Shown here piece by piece: positions 21,100 through 26,482 of a stretch of 26,482 bases of DNA (position 1 is the stretch's first letter; every line of letters begins with the position of its first letter). The stretch covers positions 1-26,482 of the forward strand of contig VJWM01000378.1 in the NCBI GenBank assembly GCA_010909165.1, given 5' to 3'. The notes under the pieces were generated by a model. It saw only the letters and a program-made list of their open reading frames with translations. It searched no databases and was not told where the DNA came from. The position numbers and the translations under genes are program-made. This stretch comes from Anthoceros angustus. Taxonomy: Eukaryota > Plantae > Anthocerotophyta.

Positions 21100-24000
21100 G
21101 GAGGAGCCCCGTGAGGAGCGTAACGTACGACGCAACGAGGCACGCAGGTAAGGGCTCACGCGACTTCCTGCAGGAAATGAGTTAGGTTTTGTTTTTTTCG
21201 TAGGCGTGGAGTAGAAAATAAGGCGGAAAGGAAGAAATAAGTCCGGAGTACTCCGGAGTAGGCAGAAGGACCTCGTGAGTAGGTCAAGGACTGGAGCACA
21301 CTCGGAGGAGAGCCACGGACTACACTCCGGAGGGGCCCGACAAGACTCCAGTGCCCGGTAAGTCCGACTACTGAGCCTGACGGTGAGTAGCCCAAAGTAA
21401 CTTAGGAGCTGTATTTCAGCCGAGGGGCCACGTCCACGTGGACTGTGAGACCGAGGTGGAGCCCCAGGCATGCCAGCAGATTAGACCCGTAGGGGTTGCC
21501 GTGGGTCATATAGGCGGGTATTCACGCCCGGCACAGCCACAATCTGGCGTATGGTATTACAGCAGCACGTCTGTGCGTAAGGCGCAGTGTGGCGTGCAGG
21601 TGGGAGTAAGCAAGCCATGCAAGCCTCGGCGCCACGGGCGTCAAGAGACACCCTCCCGCCCAGCCGACTACTCCCGACGCGTCACAGTCGGAGGAGGCCA
21701 TTCTTCCTCACAACCTCACGGGCGCTACCGCCTCGCGCTCCAAATGTTCTAGCGTTGTCTTTCGAGACCTGCAGCTCGCACGCGGCTCACCTGGTTGGGC
21801 AGCCCAACGCGACGGAAGGACGCTGTCGTGCAATACCAATCCAAAGCAGCGAGCGAGAAAAGCACTCTGATGGGACCCAAGAAGGCAGCGGAGGTATGGG
21901 AGCCCTGGCGCTTGGTGGAGCGCAACATTGTCACCAAGAGATACCCTGACTTCGGGCCTTGGCTGGAGGAAGCGGAGGAACTGGTGGAGCAATGGCACTT
22001 GGACATCTTCAGCGCGGTTTGGACGTTTGACAGCGTCGTTCTCGTCCGAGAGTACGCCAGGAAGATGCTGGCAATTGCCAACAAGGAGGTTCGCTCCAAG
22101 AGCTTGAGGGAGGGTCCCAGGAGGTGGACCGTGGAGCACCTGAGGGCGGTTTACAACCGCCCGATGGAAGAAATTGGGGGCGTAGTCCCGGAGCCCCTCA
22201 AGGTGAGGGGGAAGGTGGAAGCGGCAAAGGCGGCAATGCTGAGGTCGGGACGCGGTCTCCAACGGCCGATGCCTCGGACTGCGGATAGGCGGGTGAGGGC
22301 GGTGGCCAAGGTCATTGTCCATTGGAACATGCTCACCAAGGTGGATCACCTTGGTGACAATCTTCTGGTGTTCCTGCACGCCCTACAGCAAGGGAAAAGG
22401 GCCGACTGGGGGTGTATCATCTTTGCCCGGATCAACCAGGAGGCCAGGAAGCTACGGAGTGAGAAGCCGCCTCCGTCAACACTGTCACCCTTCCTCATCC
22501 ATGTATGGGGACACCTCAACCTCTTGAAGGAGGGAGAAGAGGCGCGCCTCGGGAAAGGGCCGGGCGGCCCCTATCGAGGCGGAGGCGGAGGAAGGAGCGG
22601 CGCCGAGGCTGAGTCCGACCTCCGGCCAAACGGGTGGAGGAGGACGATTGGGAAGGATCCCAGTTCCATTCGGATCGGAACGGACCCCTCGCCCCCTGTG
22701 GGAGGTATGGGAGGATATTCCGCCTCCCTCCTTCCCGGGTTCCCGAGCGAGGTCCCCGCCCGGAAGAAGCACCCACGGAGGGAGTCGGGCGTCACGCCCA
22801 CCGCCCAACAACCCACCACCCCAAAGTGAGCCACGCCGGACGAGGAGAGTCGTCAAGAAGGCGGAAAACGGCTCCCACGCCAATGAAGCGCCAAGAGCGC
22901 ACGGCCCTCCGCCTACCCACCTGGAGTGGAGGCCTGGAGGAGGCGGAGGCGGAGGCGGACGCGCCTAAGGCGCTAGGGGCCAGGCAGCACACGGAGCTGC
23001 CTGCCTCCCGGCTGAAGTAACGCAGCCCAGGACCCCTCACCACCTCCGAGGCCCCTAAGCGAGGCGGGTAGAAGGAGTTAAGCCTGGGCCAAGGAGGTGG
23101 AAGGACGGACCAGGCACTCAAGACCCGAGGGTCTGATCAGTCCAGGAGCCAAGTCCCGGGACTCGCCCGGACAGTGATATGTCCCCACTGACGGGAGATG
23201 CACCCACGGACTTCTTGGTGCCTCTCCGCAGGCCGTGGAAGAGACACGGCAAGTTCCACTGGCGTCATGGGCCATAACTTTGAGGTCTACCAGGCCAGGA
23301 AGACCAGTGGAGGCCACCGAGGCGCATGGTGCTTCCAGAGTGTGGAGGCGGCCAAGACAGCCAAGAAGAAGGCGAGTCCCTCGCCTGATCGAGAGAGGGG
23401 AAAGCGCCGGAGCGGGAGCTCGAGGTCCTGGTCATTTGCCCGAAGGAAGACCCACCAAGGTCCTTCAGCTGTGCGAACAATTGAAGCAGGCGCAGGATGC
23501 CCAAGCCGGGCGAGGACCTCCCAGGCGGCCTTGAGGGAGTTGGAGAAGCTTAGAAGGACAAAGCGGGCCAGGCTCGAGACAGGCGGCTCGGCGGGAGCAA
23601 CACCAAGCCCTCGGGAGGCTCGGGCAGTGAAGGGGCGCTGGAGGGGGAAGCCGCGGCTAAGACCGACCGGGACCATTACCGGCAAGATCGAACAAGTGGA
23701 GGGAGACGGGCAGAAACGCGGCTAACCCGAAGGCCGAAAGGGTGGTGGCGGAGAAGGCATGGACCCCGGGTCAGAGAGAGGAGGCGAGCAACCGGGAGAT
23801 GGAGGATCTCCGGGCTCAGTTGCGTAGAGTGGAGGAACGGCGGCAGGAGATGGAGGACCGCAAGGAGACCTTGGAGCTGCAGCTCTAAGACACAATTGAG
23901 CGGAACGGGGCTCTTCGGGGCGTGATCTCTGATCACAAGCGGGAGATAGAGCGACTCCAGCTCTGTTGGAGGGCAGAGGAGGTAAGGCGATGGAACAAGG

Positions 24001-24400
24001 AGCAGGACGTCCCCGAAATGGAGAAGGACTTGGACGAAGCAAGGAATCGGGCGGAGTTGCCGGACCGCCTGGGAAGGGAGATGGCAGAGCTTCAGGCCAG
24101 GATGAATGGAGGAGCAAGGCCCTTGGATGCAGAAAAGAAGCTGCTGGTCCAGTTGAGGAAGGCGGAGGGGGAGCGCTGCGCCATGGCAGGTGAAAGTCGC
24201 CGAGGTGTGAAACGGCGAGCCGAGCAAGCGTGAGCAGCAGCGGTTGCAGAAGTGACGGAGGCTCTCCTGCTGGGGTGGCTCGAGATCGCCCGCCCAATTG
24301 ACAAACCTTTGCGATGGAGACGGCCGAAGCCGGGCAAGATGACGCTGAGCACCTATGGCGAAGGGAGTATCGGGTGCTGGTGCATGTGGAAGAGGCACAT
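21100..24400 (+). mobile_element. Ty3-derived leader plus extra ORF class B, copy 2, cut off at LTR-A
   Basis: Reverse-complement homolog of ~1410-4450; longest intact piece 21795-22829 (344 aa); coiled-coil-like piece 23922-24233. Confidence 0.7.
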
Positions 24401-24676
24401 CGATGAGAATCATAGCTCTTAGGTAGCAAAACATAGCAAGTGAGATAGTAGAAAGCTTTGCACAAAAGTTGTATGCATTGATTATAATAGAAAGTACAAA
24501 GCCTTTATATAGGCTAGGTGGTTATAACCATAAGGTGGTTGTAACCATAAGTAGTTCTAACCTCTAAGTGGTTGTAACAACTAACTACTCATTAAACTAC
24601 CTAAAGCCCTAAGAACTAAATTAATTAATAGCCTTAGGTGCCCTAGTGAAGAGTGCCCTAAATAGGTCATATTTCA
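24401..24676 (-). repeat. LTR family A, 3' LTR of an element lying to the right
   Basis: Homologous to 404-650; minus strand TGAAATATG...CTCATCG (terminal base altered); CCTATATAAAGG TATA box; preceded on the minus strand by a PPT. Confidence 0.85.
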
Positions 24677-24691
24677 TCACTCCCACTCACT
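24677..24691 (-). other. Polypurine tract (AGTGAGTGGGAGTGA)
   Basis: Abuts the LTR start; resembles the copia PPT AAGTGGGAGGT at 7571. Confidence 0.7.
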
Positions 24692-24959
24692 ATGAACTAG
24701 GTGTGAAGAATCGCTTCAAAATGAGACTAAAAGGCTTAGTTCCCACTAACTTGAAAGCTATCCACTAACTAAGAAAACAATTAAAACTGGCTTAAGTTAC
24801 ATTTAAGCAGAATTTAATGTAATCAAAATTAATTACCAAAAACTAATTAGAAATGGTAAATTCCTAAACAAGGTAAAAAGGGTAAAAATGAAAACCATTA
24901 AATGGGTTAAACCCATGGGGCATGTGATGCCCGGGGCCATGTGATGCCGTCAGATACCA

Positions 24960-25492
24960 TGTCATGCTAATGAAACCCTCCCCTCATACGGTTTTATTCC
25001 TCCTCCTCCCGCTCCGGCGCTCCCGCCTCCTCCCGCTGAAACACAAAGAACTTGCGCTATGGCGCCACACAAACGGGGGCAGGCGCGCAGCCGAGGAGAG
25101 CGCGCCACCCGGCGGCCCGCGCCCGCCATGTGCCGGATCACCGGGTGGGCGCCGACTGCAAGTGGATGTGCCAACGCCTGCATGGAAAAAGAGGGAGGCC
25201 TGGGAGGGACCGCGCCCCCGAGGAGCAGACGCCCACTTGTGCGACCAGTGATCCTCCACCGCATCTAAATGGATTCCAACCTTTGTGGAGAGCCCACCAC
25301 GTTTTCCTGTGGGATGAAGTGGTCCGAGCTCGTGTAGAGGTTGAAGTCACCGGGAGAGGTGGAATTTGTTCCCAGTGAAGATCGCCTTGATGTGTGAGCG
25401 CCATATGGGAGTGTCTCACCCAAGCCGGAGATTAAAGAAAGATCATGTCTTGTCTCAATGTCTCAAAAGTGCGCGCTAATCCCAAGCCAACA
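24960..25492. repeat. Possible LTR-like segment (TGT...ACA)
   Basis: Bounded by TGTCATG and CCAACA with a U5-like 3' part; no matching TSD (TACCA vs CCGCT) and no second copy in the window. Confidence 0.3.
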
Positions 25493-25683
25493 CCGCTCCA
25501 AGCAGCATGTCGTCACCATAGTTGTGTGTGTGAGAGATCGTCGAGGAAGATTCATAAAGCTCTGTGGAAGAAATCGCCGAGATTGTTCTCTCTGATACAA
25601 GTGCCTCGGAAGAATCTTCATTGAAGGCTTCCCGCTGTGATGAAGGGAGAAATCTCAAGTAAGATAGCAGACATGGTATAGCA

Positions 25684-26482
25684 TTCCCCCTTGAAGGGAG
25701 GCACCTTGAGCAGGAGATGCCCCCTTTTGCCCAAACACATGCAAGTGAGCAATAGAAGGCTTCCTCCTAACCAGCATTCCTCCGTGTCATATCCTCTAGT
25801 GATGCACTTGCACTTCTATTAGTTAGGTAGACAGTTGTATGGCTTCCCCAAAAACTCATAGCCCAATTGTTGATGATGAAGCATGCTCCTAGCACATTCT
25901 ACCAAAGTTCTATTTTTCCTTTCCGCAACTCCATTTTGCTGAGGAGTGTAAGGGCGAAAATTGTTGCATGATTCCGTGCTCCTTGCAAAAGTTTCAAAAT
26001 CCTTGGACATATACTCACCTCCATTGTCACTCCTTAAAACTTTTATCTTTCTACCAATTTGATTCTCCACAAGTGCTTTATACTCCTTGAACTTGGATAA
26101 ACAGGCATCCTTGGATTTGAGGAAGTAAACCTTGGTATACCTTGACTTGTCATCTGTGAAAGTGAGGAAATACTTGGCCCTCCTAGAGATGTGGTCTTCA
26201 TGGGGCCACAAATGTCGAGTGAATCAAATCTAGCACATGGTTAGCTCTACTTCCTCCCTTTGGAAATGGAAATCGATGTTGCTTTCCCATCATGCAACCT
26301 CTACAAATACCTATATCTTCCTCCTCTCCAAGCTCAAGTCCTCTTTCTTTTTCTTTCCATGAGCTTGATGTTTTGAACTCCAAGATGTCCCAATCTTTGG
26401 TGCCACAATAGTAGCTTGTTGTTGTGCTCTTGTACCACATTTGCCTCCATTCTTGAGCTTGGCACCACTCCCACTTAAACAA
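25684..26482 (-). mobile_element. Ty1/copia GAG-pre-integrase and integrase fragment ending at a PPT-like tract
   Basis: CRGCMMGKQHRFPF, LDLIHS, KYFLTFTDDKSRYTKVYFLK, VLRSDNGGEY, PYTPQQNGVAERKNRTLVECARSML, RKPSIAHLHVFG; then TCAAGGGGGAA-TG at 25694->25682. Confidence 0.9.

Noticed and set aside
404-24676. A giant LTR element bounded by the two direct LTR-A copies that captured the PUB gene
   Set aside because: The PBS lies outside the left LTR and the PPT outside the right LTR, so these are facing ends of two separate elements; the LTRs are also clearly diverged.
25585-25683. 82-bp mini-LTR followed by PBS-like TTGTATCAGAG
   Set aside because: Implausibly short, PBS mismatched at the critical TGG, and no second copy in the window.

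Overview
Land-plant nuclear DNA; a non-seed plant such as a lycophyte or fern is my guess from the ~100-nt introns and retroelement types, not a demonstrated fact. One intact host gene is present: a ~1000-aa SAUL1/PUB43-44-type U-box/ARM E3 ligase (+, 17222-20422, two well-supported introns, possibly a third at the 5' end). It sits in a ~4.3-kb island surrounded by fragmented, frameshifted LTR retrotransposons. Ty1/copia pieces include a 5' LTR+PBS, RT-RNaseH+PPT+LTR, two integrase regions, a gag and a 3' LTR+PPT. Non-chromovirus Ty3/gypsy (Athila/Tat-like) pieces include an integrase, three copies of a post-integrase module and two divergent classes of large extra ORF, each in two or more copies. 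No rRNA, tRNA, CRISPR or prokaryotic features were seen. The most notable unexplained signals are an array of CCTACC-N2-GGTAGG palindromes before a putative internal promoter, the two interchangeable extra-ORF classes, two insertions of one LTR family into the same extra-ORF region, and an acidic FG(F/L)F peptide-like tandem repeat. All homologies were judged by eye; no searches were run.
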